Origin: Candidatus Bathyarchaeota archaeon
GTDB lineage: Archaea > Thermoproteota > Bathyarchaeia > Bathyarchaeales > Bathycorpusculaceae
Length of the DNA: 64,000 nt
NCBI GenBank assembly: GCA_963780185.1
Contig: CAWABA010000007.1
Location: 64,001-128,000 of the forward strand
Direction of reading: 5' to 3'
The position numbers were made by a program, and so were the translations under genes. This document shows, piece after piece, positions 38,954 to 50,057 of the stretch (position 1 is the first letter of the stretch; each line of letters starts with the position of its first letter). Under the pieces are notes generated by a model, which was not told the DNA's origin, did not search any database, and saw only the letters and a program-made list of their open reading frames with translations.

Positions 38954-39562
38954 TTAAAGGCTTAGGTTCTTGTTTACTCTGTCCCAGTTGACGACGTTCC
39001 AGAAGGCTTCGATGAATTTAGGTCGCTCATTCTTGTAGTCGACGTAGTACGCGTGCTCCCAAACATCCAGAACCATCAGGATTTTGAACGTCGGGTAAAC
39101 GTTAACGTTGTGCTTCTCAATCTGCAGTATCAGCGGCCTATCGACGCATGGGTGAACGGCTAAGGCAGCCCATCCTGAACCTTCAGTGGTTGCCGCAGCT
39201 TTTGTGAATTCTTTCTTGAACTGCTCGAAGCTTCCGAATTCCTTGTTGAGTGCGTCGGCTAATGCTCCTCCAGGTTGTCCGCCGCCGCCTTTGCCTGCTG
39301 GCGCCATGTTTTCCCAGAAAATCGAGTGCAACAGGTGACCGCCGACGTTGAAGGACAGGTCTTTGAGTAAGGCTTTCATGTCGACTTCGGCGTTGTCTTT
39401 GCGTGCCTTGTCGAGTTTTTCGAAGTCCGCGTTTGCGCCGTTCACGTAGGCTTGATGGTGCTTGTCGTGGTGCAGTTTAAGCTGCGTCTCTGAAATGTAG
39501 GGTTCAAGGGCGTTGTAATCGTAGGGCAATTTGGGCAGACTAAATGATTTTACTTTTTCCAT
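38954..39562 (-). CDS. sod: Fe/Mn superoxide dismutase
   Basis: [30 protein letters not shown]. Confidence 0.96.
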   Translation of the reverse strand: MEKVKSFSLPKLPYDYNALEPYISETQLKLHHDKHHQAYVNGANADFEKLDKARKDNAEVDMKALLKDLSFNVGGHLLHSIFWENMAPAGKGGGGQPGGALADALNKEFGSFEQFKKEFTKAAATTEGSGWAALAVHPCVDRPLILQIEKHNVNVYPTFKILMVLDVWEHAYYVDYKNERPKFIEAFWNVVNWDRVNKNLSL

Positions 39563-39694
39563 AAAATTCACCAGAAATCAAACCAAACCAAAGGAGTAAA
39601 CAACTAATATACTTTACCTTAAGCGAGATTCAGGCAAATCCAGTGTGGCTTAAACTTATTACCTTCTTTTCATCTATTAGTTGCAGTGAATTTT

Positions 39695-40198
39695 ATGACT
39701 AAAACCGATCAAAACCTCAAGGACGCATTCGCAGGCGAATCCCAAGCCAACCGAATGTACCTAGCCTTCGCAAAGAAAGCCGACGAAGAAGGTTTCCCAC
39801 AAATCGCCAAACTTTTCAGAGCCGCAGCCGAAGCGGAAACCGTGCACGCCCACAACCACCTCAAAGTTATGGGGCAAGTGAAATCAACCAGCGACAACCT
39901 TGGCACAGCAGTCAGCGGCGAAACCTACGAATTCAAGAAAATGTACCCAGAGTTCATCGCCGAAGCTAAGAAGGAAGGAAACAAGAAAGCCGAAGTCAGC
40001 TTCAACTACGCGAACCAGGTTGAACAAATCCATGCAGCCATGTACCAGAAAGCGCTTGACGCCCTCAAAAGCAAGACGCAGCCGCCGAAAGCTGATTACT
40101 GGGTGTGCCCCGTCTGCGGAAACACGTTCGAAGGCAAAGAGCCCGACAAATGCCCGATCTGCGGTACGCCGAAAGAAAAATTCATGGCGATAAAGTAG
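39695..40198 (+). CDS. rbr: rubrerythrin
   Basis: AFAGESQA, EAETVHA, EQIHA, CPVCG..CPICG. Confidence 0.95.
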   Translation: MTKTDQNLKDAFAGESQANRMYLAFAKKADEEGFPQIAKLFRAAAEAETVHAHNHLKVMGQVKSTSDNLGTAVSGETYEFKKMYPEFIAEAKKEGNKKAEVSFNYANQVEQIHAAMYQKALDALKSKTQPPKADYWVCPVCGNTFEGKEPDKCPICGTPKEKFMAIK

Positions 40199-40276
40199 GC
40201 GTATCAACCCTATTTTGTTTTTCACTTTTTCTGTTTTTCCTAAAGTAAAACAGCAGGTAATGAAAGAGGGGAAGGG

Positions 40277-41464
40277 TTAGGCTTTGATTTTTTGGGCTAT
40301 TTGCTTGCCAAAGTCAAAGCATTTTTTGAGGTCTTCATCGTCTGGGATGTATTTGATTTCGACTGTTGGCTCGTAGACTTCGAAGCCTGCTTTCTTCGCC
40401 ATTTCAACCATGCCTCGCACCGCGCCGCCGCCCCACCCGAAGGAACCGAAGAACGCCCACAGTTTGCCCCGAGGCTTCAAACCTGTTATGTATGTCAGAA
40501 ATGAGCCTAGTGTCGGGAACATTCCGCTGTTGAGAGTCGGCGAACCAACGATGACGGCTTTTGCCTCCAGGATTTCGGTTACGATGTCGGTGTTGTCAGT
40601 GGCTCGGAGCTTGAGAATCTTGACTTCGACGCCTTCGCTTACTACGCCGTCTTCTATAGCTCGCGCCATCTTGTTGGTGCTTCCCCACATCGTGTCAAAA
40701 ACCACCACAACCTTCTGCTTGGATACAAAGGCGCTCCACTGCAGGTAGGCGTTGATGATTTTCGAGGGGTCTTTCCGCCAGATTACGCCGTGATCAGGCG
40801 CAATCATCTCGATTGGGATACCCATCTGCACGACTTCCTGAATCTTGCGTGTGATAAGCGGAGCGAAAGGCATCAAAATGTTCGCAAAGTATATTCGGGC
40901 TTCCTCCATAAGCTCCTGCTGGTCAACTTCGTCGTCGAAACGCCCCGACGTTGCGTAGTGCTCTCCAAATGCGTCGTTGGATACCAAGATTTTGTCTTCC
41001 ACGATGTATGTGAACATGCTGTCGGGCCAATGCAGCATCGGTGTTTCAAGAAAACGCAACGTATGCTTACCAAGCTTAAGCTCATCGCCTGTTTTGATGA
41101 CTTCGACCCTGTTGAATTCGGCGCCGTAATGCTCGATAAGCGCGTCTTTTCCTCTTTGACACGAAATTATCTTGGCGTTCTTGCACAGTTTGGCGATTTC
41201 GGGAAGGCTGCCTGAATGATCCATCTCTACATGGTTAACGATGATGTAATCGATTTTGTCAAGGCTCACCAACTCCTCTATGTTATGCGCGAGTTCTTCA
41301 GCGAAGTTGCACTTCACTGTGTCGATGAGCGCGGTTTTCTCGTCCCTGATTAAGTACGCGTTGTAGCTGGTGCCACGGCGGGTTATGTACCCATGGAAAT
41401 CCCGTAGGTTCCAGTCGATGACGCCAACCCAGTTTATTCCTTCTTTCAAAACAACATTCGGCAT
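40277..41464 (-). CDS. fprA: flavodiiron protein
   Basis: NHVEMDHSG, HWPDS, DAFG, PDHG plus flavodoxin domain. Confidence 0.95.
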   Translation of the reverse strand: MPNVVLKEGINWVGVIDWNLRDFHGYITRRGTSYNAYLIRDEKTALIDTVKCNFAEELAHNIEELVSLDKIDYIIVNHVEMDHSGSLPEIAKLCKNAKIISCQRGKDALIEHYGAEFNRVEVIKTGDELKLGKHTLRFLETPMLHWPDSMFTYIVEDKILVSNDAFGEHYATSGRFDDEVDQQELMEEARIYFANILMPFAPLITRKIQEVVQMGIPIEMIAPDHGVIWRKDPSKIINAYLQWSAFVSKQKVVVVFDTMWGSTNKMARAIEDGVVSEGVEVKILKLRATDNTDIVTEILEAKAVIVGSPTLNSGMFPTLGSFLTYITGLKPRGKLWAFFGSFGWGGGAVRGMVEMAKKAGFEVYEPTVEIKYIPDDEDLKKCFDFGKQIAQKIKA

Positions 41465-41469
41465 ATTTT

Positions 41470-41904
41470 TTACTCCTTTGTCACGTTTAGTTTATAGTTT
41501 ATTTTGACTCCTGCCTTCTCGAAAAGTATGCCAACGGGGCATGTTTCAAGCGTGAGCTTATGCAGCCTCTCAACCCTCTCCTGTGGGGCATCTATCTTGA
41601 TGCTTATGTCAAAGGTTTCCTCGCTGATTGTCCCAGTTTCAGCAGATTTCACCGCTTCTACCTTAACGCTAAGTCCTTTGAGTGCCACCCGCATTTTCTT
41701 CGCCGTCAACGCAAAGATTGTAGCGTAGCAGCCTGCGTGGCTCATGACGCAGAGTTCAAGGGAGCTAGGTCCCAACCCAGTTCCAAGGTCAGGAGCAAGA
41801 TCTACGATGGTGCTGTGGGTTTCGCCGTCGTCAAGCATTATTTGGAAGCCTTCGATCAACTTGGCGTTTCCATACATTTTCGTTGTCAAATTCTGCATCT
41901 CCAA
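41470..41904 (-). CDS. OsmC-like protein
   Basis: GPSSLEL..AGC...CPV. Confidence 0.85.
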   Translation of the reverse strand: MEMQNLTTKMYGNAKLIEGFQIMLDDGETHSTIVDLAPDLGTGLGPSSLELCVMSHAGCYATIFALTAKKMRVALKGLSVKVEAVKSAETGTISEETFDISIKIDAPQERVERLHKLTLETCPVGILFEKAGVKINYKLNVTKE

Positions 41905-42114
41905 ATAACACAGGCAAAAATCAAGGTCTGATAGTTACAATTGTTTATATGGATTGCGTTTGCGGTTTTTTCCAAAAGGGTCAGGCAGGTAAACCACGCT
42001 ATCTGTCTTCTCAAGCAAGTCTTTGCATGCGCCCACGAGAAATTCAAAAATCAATATATGCCTGAATAACCTGTTTGATAATATAATCGTCCAGAGGTTT
42101 TGGAGGTTTAGCTT

Positions 42115-42759
42115 TTGAGTATGATTCCGAACGACAAGAAAGAGTTGCTTAAAGCAGACTTTAACGAGAAACTGGTTGACCCAGTTAAAATCATCATGTT
42201 TACCCAAGAGGTTGAGTGTCAATATTGCTCTCAAACAAGAGCGTTGGTGCAGGAACTGCCGCCTCTAAGCGATAAGATTTCGTTGGAGGTTCTTGATTTT
42301 GTGGCGAACGCAGCCCGAGCCAAGGAACTGGGAGTAGACAAGATACCTGCTTTGGCGATTGTCGGCAAGAAAGATTATGGCGTGAGAATCTACGGGATCC
42401 CCTACGGGTACGAGCTGCAAACACTTATTGAAGCGTTAATCACCGTTTCAAAAGGCACAACGGACCTGTCAGAAAAAACGAAATCGATTCTTAAAGAAGT
42501 AAAAAACCCAGTCCACATCCAAGTCTTCGTAAGCCTAACGTGCCCCCACTGCCCCACAGCCGCGGCGGTCGCGCATAAATTGGCGGTTGAATGCGAACTG
42601 ATAAAGGCAGACGTCATCGACAGCGGCGAATTCCCCGACCTAGCCATGAAATACAACGTAATAGGCGTCCCCAAAATCATAATCAACGAGAAAATAGAGT
42701 TTGTCGGAGCCTTCAACGAAGACCTATTCGCCGAACACGTCCTCTTAGGCGCCTTCTAA
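42115..42759 (+). CDS. protein disulfide oxidoreductase (two thioredoxin folds)
   Basis: CQYC, GIPYGYE, CPHC, GVP. Confidence 0.92.
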   Translation: MSMIPNDKKELLKADFNEKLVDPVKIIMFTQEVECQYCSQTRALVQELPPLSDKISLEVLDFVANAARAKELGVDKIPALAIVGKKDYGVRIYGIPYGYELQTLIEALITVSKGTTDLSEKTKSILKEVKNPVHIQVFVSLTCPHCPTAAAVAHKLAVECELIKADVIDSGEFPDLAMKYNVIGVPKIIINEKIEFVGAFNEDLFAEHVLLGAF

Positions 42760-42836
42760 ACGGAGCAGAATAGCGGATCAAAAGAAAACGAAAAAAATAA
42801 ACGCCTAAACCTGAAAGCTCGGCAGTTTCCCTGCTT

Positions 42837-42983
42837 TTAGGCGCCAGCGTATTTTGCGGGGTTTTTGTCGAAGGTTGCTTTGCATGTGGGTGCGCAGAAG
42901 AAGTAGGTTTTGCCTTTGTAGTCGGATTTGAATTTGGCTTTTTTCTCGTCAACCATCATGCCGCAGATTGGATCTTTAACCAT
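42837..42983 (-). CDS. YHS/TRASH metal-binding protein (48 aa)
   Basis: MVKDPICGMMVD...YFFCAPTC..FDKNPAKY; GGAGGTG RBS; below ORF cutoff. Confidence 0.85.
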   Translation of the reverse strand: MVKDPICGMMVDEKKAKFKSDYKGKTYFFCAPTCKATFDKNPAKYAGA

Positions 42984-43010
42984 GTCCGTTTTCACCTCCA
43001 AACGTCCATC

Positions 43011-45132
43011 CTAGTAATTACTTTTCTTTGATTTAAATTTAGCAAACTTTAGCAGCGCCGAGTTGCTGACCACGGTTAAGCTGCTTATCGCCATGGCGCT
43101 CGCCGCATACATGGGTCCTTGTGGTCCAAGCAGTCCAGCAGCGGCAACTGGAATCATGATTGAGTTGTAGGCGAAAGCCCAGAACAGGTTCGTGTCGATT
43201 TTACGCATGGTTTTTTTGCTGAGTTCAATTCCTAAGGCTACGTCGCGCAGGTCGTCTCTTATGAGCACTATGCCGCCTGTTTCTTTGGCGATGTCGGTTC
43301 CGCTGCCGATGGCGATGCCGATGTCGGCGGTTGCCAAGGCGGGGGCGTCGTTTATTCCGTCTCCCACCATAGCTACCACTTTGCCTTGCGCTTGCAGCTT
43401 CTTAATGACGTCGGCTTTTTGCCAAGGCAAAACGTTCGCAATCACCTGCGTTATCCCCAACTGATTAGCGATGGCTTGGGCTGTTCGTTCGTTATCTCCC
43501 GTTAGGATTGCAACTTCCAAATTCAAATCTTTCAACTGCTCAATTGCTTCGGCAGCACTCGGCTTTGGAGTATCCATCGCAGCAATTAATCCGACACTTT
43601 TGCCGTCAACAGCCAGAATCATGACGGTTTTTCCCTGCGATTCCAACGACACCAAATCCGCGTCTACCTCGCTGATTGGCACGCCATATTCCTGCATCAA
43701 CTTGCGATTTCCAAGCAGAACCTTTCTTCCTCCGACACTGCACTGCACCCCCCTGCCGGGTAACGCCTCAAAATTGTCGGCTTGTTCAATATGCACTTTG
43801 TCGGATTCAGCCTTCAAAAGTATTGCTTCCGCCAGAGGGTGCTCAGAACCTTTCTCTGCTGCGCCTGCATATTCAAGCACTGATTGTTCGCTGAATCCAT
43901 TGTAGGTTTTGATGTCGGTTACACTTGGCTCGCCCTTAGTCAAAGTCCCGGTCTTGTCGAATATGACTGTCGTCAGCTTTCTTGCTTTCTCGACAAATTC
44001 GCCGCTGCGGAGCAAAACACCATATTCGGCGCCTTTTCCGATGCCTGCAAGAAGAGCTGTCGGGGTTGCTATTCCCAAAGCGCAGGGGCAAGAGATCAAT
44101 ATCACAGCCAACAGCACAAGGAACGCTGTTGCAAAGTTGCCGGTTGTGACGAACCAGTAGGCAAATGAAAGGGCTGCGGCGGTCAAAATTATGGGAACAA
44201 ACCATCTGACAATGCGGTCAGCAAATCTTTGAACGGGTGCGCTTGAAGCCTGCGCTTCTTCCACAAGATGAACAATTTGGCCAAGGGCGGTTTCGTCTCC
44301 GACACGTGTCGCCACAATTGTGAGGAGCCCCGTTTTGTTGATTGTTGCTCCGACAACTTCATTTCCGACAGTTTTCTCAACAGGAATGCTTTCGCCCGTG
44401 AGCAATTTTTCATCAACCGACGAGTACCCTGCAGTTACTCTGCCGTCAACTGGGACTTTTTCACCCGGCTTGACGATAATCGTGTCGCCAACCAGTACTT
44501 GATCAATCGATATGTCGGATTCTTTTCCATCTCTGACCACTCTCGCCATTGTCGGTTGAAGTTCGAGCAGTTTTCGTATTGAGGCGGCGCTGCGGCGTCG
44601 AATTAACTCTTCGATGTATCTGCCCAGCAGCACGAAAGCCAAGATGCCTATGGCAACTTCCATGTATCCTGAGCCCGGCTGTCCAGGCTGTGGGAAGAAT
44701 GAAGACGCTTATTACTCCGTAAATCCAGCCTGCGAGAACTCCGACAGTCACCAGCACATCCATGTTTATGTTGCGGTTTCGAAGCGACTGATACGCACCT
44801 TTGTAGATCCTGTAACCGGCAACCCAGACAATAGGTGTCGACACAATAAGCACTGCAATATCGTAGATTCTTAGGCCTCCGACAACATCAAAATACATTA
44901 TTGCGGTGATAAGACCGAACAGCGTAATCACTTTTAATGCAAGGGCTGCCACTGCGCCAGTCAACGTGAAGGCTACTCGGCGCTGCATCGCTTTGAGTTC
45001 GCGTTCTGGAGCCGTGTAGACGTCGAGGCATTGTTGGCTGCAGAAATAGTAGGTTCGGTCGCCTATTTTGGCGCTGAGGGCTGTTTCTGTGTCAACATCC
45101 ATGCCGCATACGGGGTCTCGTACTGTAACCAT
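43011..45132 (-). CDS. copA: Cu(I)-translocating P1B-ATPase with N-terminal YHS domain (frameshift near 44705)
   Basis: DPVCGM..FCS; TGES, CPC, DKTGT, HP, GDGIND, YN, MxxSS; split into ORFs 44503-45132 and 43011-44663. Confidence 0.92.
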
Positions 45133-45330
45133 ATTTTTTCCCGCTTAAGTTTAAGGATAGTTGGTGTTTATAACCATATAAATGTGTCTGAAAAAGATAT
45201 ATCTTTTAAACGTCAAAGCAGGCAAACGGAGAGCCACAGAGACGCCACTTAACTTTCAACAAAAAACTCCCCCAGCGCGGATAACCCAAGGTATAAACCG
45301 CTCAGAAGAGCACGCTAACCGAGAGAGCGC

Positions 45331-45606
45331 CTATTCTACCCGTTTAATTATGTGGTACCCAAACTGTGTCTTAACAGGTTCAGAAGTCTGCCCTTTCTCA
45401 AGCGCAAAAGCGGCTTTTTCAAATTCCTTAACCATTTTGCCCCTTGTGAAAGTGCCAAGGTCTCCGCCGTTCTTTGCAGATGGACATAGGGAAACGTTTT
45501 TGGCTAGGGCGCCGAATTTTTCTCCCTTATCGAGCCGCGCTTTGATGTTTTTGGCTTCTGTCTCTGTTTTGACGAGTATGTGTGCACAATGGACTTTGTC
45601 TGCCAT
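45331..45606 (-). CDS. parvulin-type peptidyl-prolyl isomerase
   Basis: HILV, GGDLG.F..G.MVKEF, FGYHII. Confidence 0.93.
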   Translation of the reverse strand: MADKVHCAHILVKTETEAKNIKARLDKGEKFGALAKNVSLCPSAKNGGDLGTFTRGKMVKEFEKAAFALEKGQTSEPVKTQFGYHIIKRVE

Positions 45607-45727
45607 AACCGCATTACTCGCCCTTTTGAGATATAACTGTTACCCGCGAATTCAGGCAATTGCCCTTTAGTTCATCAAGATTTGGAGTTTGCCATGATTC
45701 AGAGTTGACTTGCCTCGGGAAATAGGC

Positions 45728-45933
45728 ATGAAAATGTCAAATTGCTTCGCGGTGCTTTTTGGGTTACTTCGAAGTTCGAAGTAGGCGCCTACATAATTGT
45801 TATAACAAATGCAGCCAATAGCTTCTTTCATGGTAACCTCAATTCCCCTCAAGAACATAGAAGAAGAACAGAAAAGCGACCGCGCGACAGTGGAGCAGAT
45901 TTCAAAAGTCATCAGGTTTTTATGGAACATTGA
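45728..45933 (+). CDS. small hypothetical protein (possible frameshift near 45740)
   Basis: ORF 45742-45933 with an out-of-frame ATG just upstream. Confidence 0.3.
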
Positions 45934-46078
45934 AGACTAACCGCAAAAACACCTAAAACAAAAAGATAACGTGTTTGCGATTTTGGATGAAAAAACAAAA
46001 ATTAACTAAAAGAAGGAATTAATCTCTCATTTTCGTTGTTTGAGAGCCACATGCGTAAGTGATTTTGAGTGTTCAGAT

Positions 46079-46258
46079 TTACTCTATTACTTGAATTGCG
46101 CCTTCAGGGCACTGGGCTTCACATGCTCTGCAAACCAAGCATTCGCTTACTTTTGTTGGTGTTGATTTGCCGTTTTTGATTTCGTAGACGCCGACTGGGC
46201 AAGTGTTTACGCATGTTTCGCATCCGGTGCATTTAGGGTCAACAACTATTTTTACCAT
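46079..46258 (-). CDS. 2[4Fe-4S] ferredoxin
   Basis: CTGCETCVNTCP and CLVCRACEAQCP; start ATG 46258. Confidence 0.92.
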   Translation of the reverse strand: MVKIVVDPKCTGCETCVNTCPVGVYEIKNGKSTPTKVSECLVCRACEAQCPEGAIQVIE

Positions 46259-46319
46259 TTTTTGTCTACCTCTAATTTTCTTGAAAAGCTCGTGAGTAAA
46301 ATAAAAGGTTTTAGGTGTT

Positions 46320-48149
46320 CTAGCGTGTTTTTTCACGTAATCTGAGCAGTATTCCATTCAAAGTTGATTCAGCTTTGTCCCTGTGTTTCTGGTAGTCCCC
46401 GATGTCTTTTTTGTAGGCTTCTATGGAGATTTCGCCTCTGCTCTGTTGGTCTTCTAGGTTCTTGATGTCTTCTTCAGCTTCAGATAGGTCTTCTTCGGCA
46501 GAGTCAAGTTGCTTAATTAAGTCTGAGTAGACGCCGCCTGAGTTTCGCAAGGTTTCCTTTGTTTTGGCAGTGTTCCGCGAGATTGTTTCTAACCGTGTCT
46601 CCATAGCTCCCCGTTGAACTTTGTATTGGCGTCTTGGAATCTTTCCTTTCTGCGCCTTCATATCTAACGATCTGATTTCAGCATGCAACCGTTTTTTGTC
46701 TTCATAGTACTCGGTGAATTCTCTAACGTTAACTGCAGTTGGACGCTGACCAGAAGCAGGTACATTTCTTGGCTCAGCAATTGGCGCTTGTTGCCCGGCT
46801 GGTTGTTCGGTTGCTTCTTCAGCATTGGATTTTGGAGTTGTCGTCTTTACTTTTCTGAAGGCAGATGGTTGTCTTTCGCTTGGTTTGCGTTTCTGGTAGA
46901 CTACGGCGCCTATGCATCCGATGACCGCTACGAGTGAAAGCCAGAAGGTAGGCATGAAAGAGACCCAGATTGGGTTGTAAGTGTAGGAGAATTGGATTGT
47001 GTTGCTTTGGGGCAGGATGTAGTTGAGGAAGGTTATTCCGTTTCCTGTTAATGTTAGGGTGTCTTGGAAGCCGGTTCTTGTAAGGGTGCTGGGCACGTTA
47101 ATCGATGATAACTGCGGCGTTGTGATTGTTGCTCCTTGAGGCGGGTTCAGCGTGAAGCTTGCTTTTTCGACGTAGTAGTTGAAGTATGGGAAAAGCATGA
47201 AGTTACTAAGCGTGTACTGTGCGCCTTTGATGGTTGCGCTTGGCAAATTGTAGCTGGCTGTTATCGTGGTTGATTGGCCAGTTCCCACCAGCGTTATCAA
47301 GGTGAAATTCTCCACTAAAGCGCCGTAGACATGTGAGGCGCCGGCGATTGTAAGCGCGGTGCCGGTTTCATCTTTTATCGCAACGCCTTTCGCGTTAGTG
47401 GGTAAATCCAGGAGAAAAGACTGCATGGAAGAGGTAGAGTTGTTGACGATTCTGTATGTGTCTGAAGCAGACACTTTGCCTGTTGGGTCAACCGTTACTT
47501 GACGGTTCAAATTTGTGACGGCTGCCATCTGTATGGTTTGGTTAGAAAACTGAATACCTGCGGTGGCGGTGGAAGATGTGTAGGCTGGCAGGTTTGGTGT
47601 GATATAGTTCTGTGTGTACACGGTTCCGTCAGTTTTGGTGATGTATATGGATTTAGGGGTGCCTGGAAGGGTTAGGGTGACGTTGCAGCTTCCGATGGTT
47701 TGAGTTAGACCGGGGTAAGCTGGAAAATTAAGGGTGTAGGCGCCTGTGTTAACTTCAGTAACGATGTTGGACAGAACAAATGCTACTGTGAAGACGCTGG
47801 GTGCTTGTCCATTAAAGTTTACTGCTGCACCGTAAAATCCGAAATGGTCACCTAACTGGACTCCTAAGTTTACTTGGTAAACGTGGTTAGAGTCGTATGC
47901 TACTGCGCTGAGGACGTCTGCGCTGTACTGTGCAGGTAACCCGATTGTGAAGCCGTCGGCTACTTGCCCGGAAACGTAAACGGTGTCTTGGAGGACGACT
48001 TGCCCAGTGTACAGGACATTAACCTGATGGTTAACCTGCGTGATGGTGTAGCCTGAGGTTTGGGCAGAAACCGAGCCAGACATGGCGACTGGCACGAAAA
48101 CTAGTAACAACGAAACAATAATCATCAATACTGCATTTGTTCTTTTCAA
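46320..48149 (-). CDS. type I membrane protein with ribophorin-I-like architecture
   Basis: Signal peptide, two beta-sandwich repeats (VNHQVNV..GQV / LNRQVTV..GKV), TM, cytoplasmic coiled coil. Confidence 0.6.
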   Translation of the reverse strand: MKRTNAVLMIIVSLLLVFVPVAMSGSVSAQTSGYTITQVNHQVNVLYTGQVVLQDTVYVSGQVADGFTIGLPAQYSADVLSAVAYDSNHVYQVNLGVQLGDHFGFYGAAVNFNGQAPSVFTVAFVLSNIVTEVNTGAYTLNFPAYPGLTQTIGSCNVTLTLPGTPKSIYITKTDGTVYTQNYITPNLPAYTSSTATAGIQFSNQTIQMAAVTNLNRQVTVDPTGKVSASDTYRIVNNSTSSMQSFLLDLPTNAKGVAIKDETGTALTIAGASHVYGALVENFTLITLVGTGQSTTITASYNLPSATIKGAQYTLSNFMLFPYFNYYVEKASFTLNPPQGATITTPQLSSINVPSTLTRTGFQDTLTLTGNGITFLNYILPQSNTIQFSYTYNPIWVSFMPTFWLSLVAVIGCIGAVVYQKRKPSERQPSAFRKVKTTTPKSNAEEATEQPAGQQAPIAEPRNVPASGQRPTAVNVREFTEYYEDKKRLHAEIRSLDMKAQKGKIPRRQYKVQRGAMETRLETISRNTAKTKETLRNSGGVYSDLIKQLDSAEEDLSEAEEDIKNLEDQQSRGEISIEAYKKDIGDYQKHRDKAESTLNGILLRLREKTR

Positions 48150-48271
48150 TTAAATTCACCCAAGTGGAAGTTTGTTTAATGTTGTGTTAGCTTATTTATT
48201 TACTTTACAGTAAGGCAGGTTATATTTAGAACTTGAGCATAAAAACCAGGATAATAAGCCTTCAAAAGTCG

Positions 48272-48517
48272 CTAAATCTTGTTGACTGCCGCCAGCGCCC
48301 GCTCGGCGGTGGATGCACAGAAAAGCAAGTCGTCGATTGTGGCGGTAAATGTGGCAAGTTTGCTTTCGCAGCGAATCACAGTCACCACTTTGTTCTCTTC
48401 AACCGTGGTTTTCACGCGAAGTTTAGGCGGCGCCTTAAAATTGTCAGGTGAAACAGCGTTGGCAACCGCTTCGGCTTGATTCGGGTCAGCGTACTCAAGC
48501 GATATTGTTGCTTCCAA
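48272..48517 (-). CDS. pcc1: KEOPS complex subunit Pcc1
   Basis: A..V..AVSPDN...TIDDLL; canonical position after the DHH gene. Confidence 0.85.
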   Translation of the reverse strand: MEATISLEYADPNQAEAVANAVSPDNFKAPPKLRVKTTVEENKVVTVIRCESKLATFTATIDDLLFCASTAERALAAVNKI

Positions 48518-49964
48518 TCTTTTCTCCCTTCAACTGTTTACCGACTAGTTCATTAAAATCTTTAATAAACCCGTTAATTTCGTCAATCGGCACTTGGGCT
48601 CCAGCGGCGATGTTGTGACCTCCGCCTTTGCCGCCGTGGGCTTCCGAAGCTAACCGCATAACTTCGCCGAGGTTTACGCCTTTTCGAATCGCTGCCTCGG
48701 TTGTTCTGCCTGAAAATTTAGCTGCGTTCTCTTTTTCCACGTTGGCGAAGGCGATGAGGGGTTTTTCGTTGTTCATAAGGCTTGAGACGATTATGGATGA
48801 GACGGTGCCGATGATTTTTTCGTTGATGAAGCTTTCGCCGTAGATGACGTAGATGTTTTCGAGTTCACGCATGCGGTCAGGTTTTTCCCCTATCCAGCCG
48901 AGGTACTTGTTGATGTTTTTGCGGTAGTCGTCGAGTATCTTGTTTGATTCTTCAAGAGCGGCTTTGCGGTCGCCCATGCATATGGCTATGCCTAAGCTTG
49001 GCTTATCCATGCGTCCCGTCGAGTTCAAAACGACGGCGAATTCTCTTGCGTCACGCAGCGGGGTGTTGGGTTCTTCTTTAGTCAAAACGTAAATGTAGCC
49101 GATGAGGTTATTCTCAACATCCATATGCAAACCCTTAGACAATAAATGATCCGCCAGAGCTGAACACAGCCGTTTTCTTTCCTCGTCGTTTAAGTCGCTC
49201 AGAGCCCGCGGTTTGCCCTCTTTCGTAAGGGGAATATTTAGGCTTGCCAGAAAAGCTAACGCCTTGTCTTCTTCTCCGCTTAAACCTGGAATAAACGGGT
49301 TAGTGGTGGTTGCCAGCATCTTGTAAATCGGACGGGTTTCCCTACCGAAAAAAGTCAAGTCCTTCTCAACTTTCACCAAGCCAGCTGCGACCGCGTCGTC
49401 AACAATTATTTCGTTGAGGCTGCAGAGTTTTCTTTGGTCATACTTGTCCTGCATGTCGCCCAACGCGCCCACTAAAGCTACAGGGGCTAAATCCACGTTG
49501 GCTGGGTTTACCGCTTTGGAAACGAAGTAGGCGACGCCTGAGCCGCTGACGTCGGAGGCTCCGTCGATCCCGAACATGTGCGGGTTAACCTGAACGAAGT
49601 TAGGGTTGTTGGATGACCCGTTTGCTTGATGGTGGTCAAGAATCAATGCTTTGATGTCAGGAATCTTCTGGTTTAGCATGTCAAGGTAGCCGCTGCCGAA
49701 ATCCGTGAAAATCACAAGCTGCGGTTTGTCCGCGACTATTTGCTCGATGATTTTTTCATCCAGCTGCTGAGTGATCCTGATTCTGAACTTGGCGTTTAGC
49801 CTGAACAGGGTTTTCGCCATGACGCCTGCCGCTGCGATTCCGTCGGCGTCTAAATGTGAGAAGACATGGATGAACCCGTCTTTTTTGGCTGCTTCCAAGA
49901 GGGGTTTAGAGGCTTCCGCTGCAGATGCTAAGAACCGATCTATTGATGCTTGCTGCGCAGCCAT
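48495..49964 (-). CDS. RecJ-like DHH phosphoesterase
   Basis: HLDADG, DFGS, LDHH, GDMQ, GGGHNIAAG. Confidence 0.92.
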   Translation of the reverse strand: MAAQQASIDRFLASAAEASKPLLEAAKKDGFIHVFSHLDADGIAAAGVMAKTLFRLNAKFRIRITQQLDEKIIEQIVADKPQLVIFTDFGSGYLDMLNQKIPDIKALILDHHQANGSSNNPNFVQVNPHMFGIDGASDVSGSGVAYFVSKAVNPANVDLAPVALVGALGDMQDKYDQRKLCSLNEIIVDDAVAAGLVKVEKDLTFFGRETRPIYKMLATTTNPFIPGLSGEEDKALAFLASLNIPLTKEGKPRALSDLNDEERKRLCSALADHLLSKGLHMDVENNLIGYIYVLTKEEPNTPLRDAREFAVVLNSTGRMDKPSLGIAICMGDRKAALEESNKILDDYRKNINKYLGWIGEKPDRMRELENIYVIYGESFINEKIIGTVSSIIVSSLMNNEKPLIAFANVEKENAAKFSGRTTEAAIRKGVNLGEVMRLASEAHGGKGGGHNIAAGAQVPIDEINGFIKDFNELVGKQLKGEKIGSNNIA

Positions 49965-50057
49965 CCAAGGTTCACTCTTTGGCTAAAATGCGTGATTAGA
50001 TTTAAAGCTAGGCATCAAACTAAAACAGAAACAGCTTAAAAGAAAGGAAAGAGGCGT

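Noticed and set aside
43011-45132. Split copA as a programmed frameshift (as in E. coli copA/CopA(Z))
   Set aside because: The break near 44705 lies within the TM region rather than after the metal-binding domain, no slippery heptamer is evident, and a separate YHS gene is present
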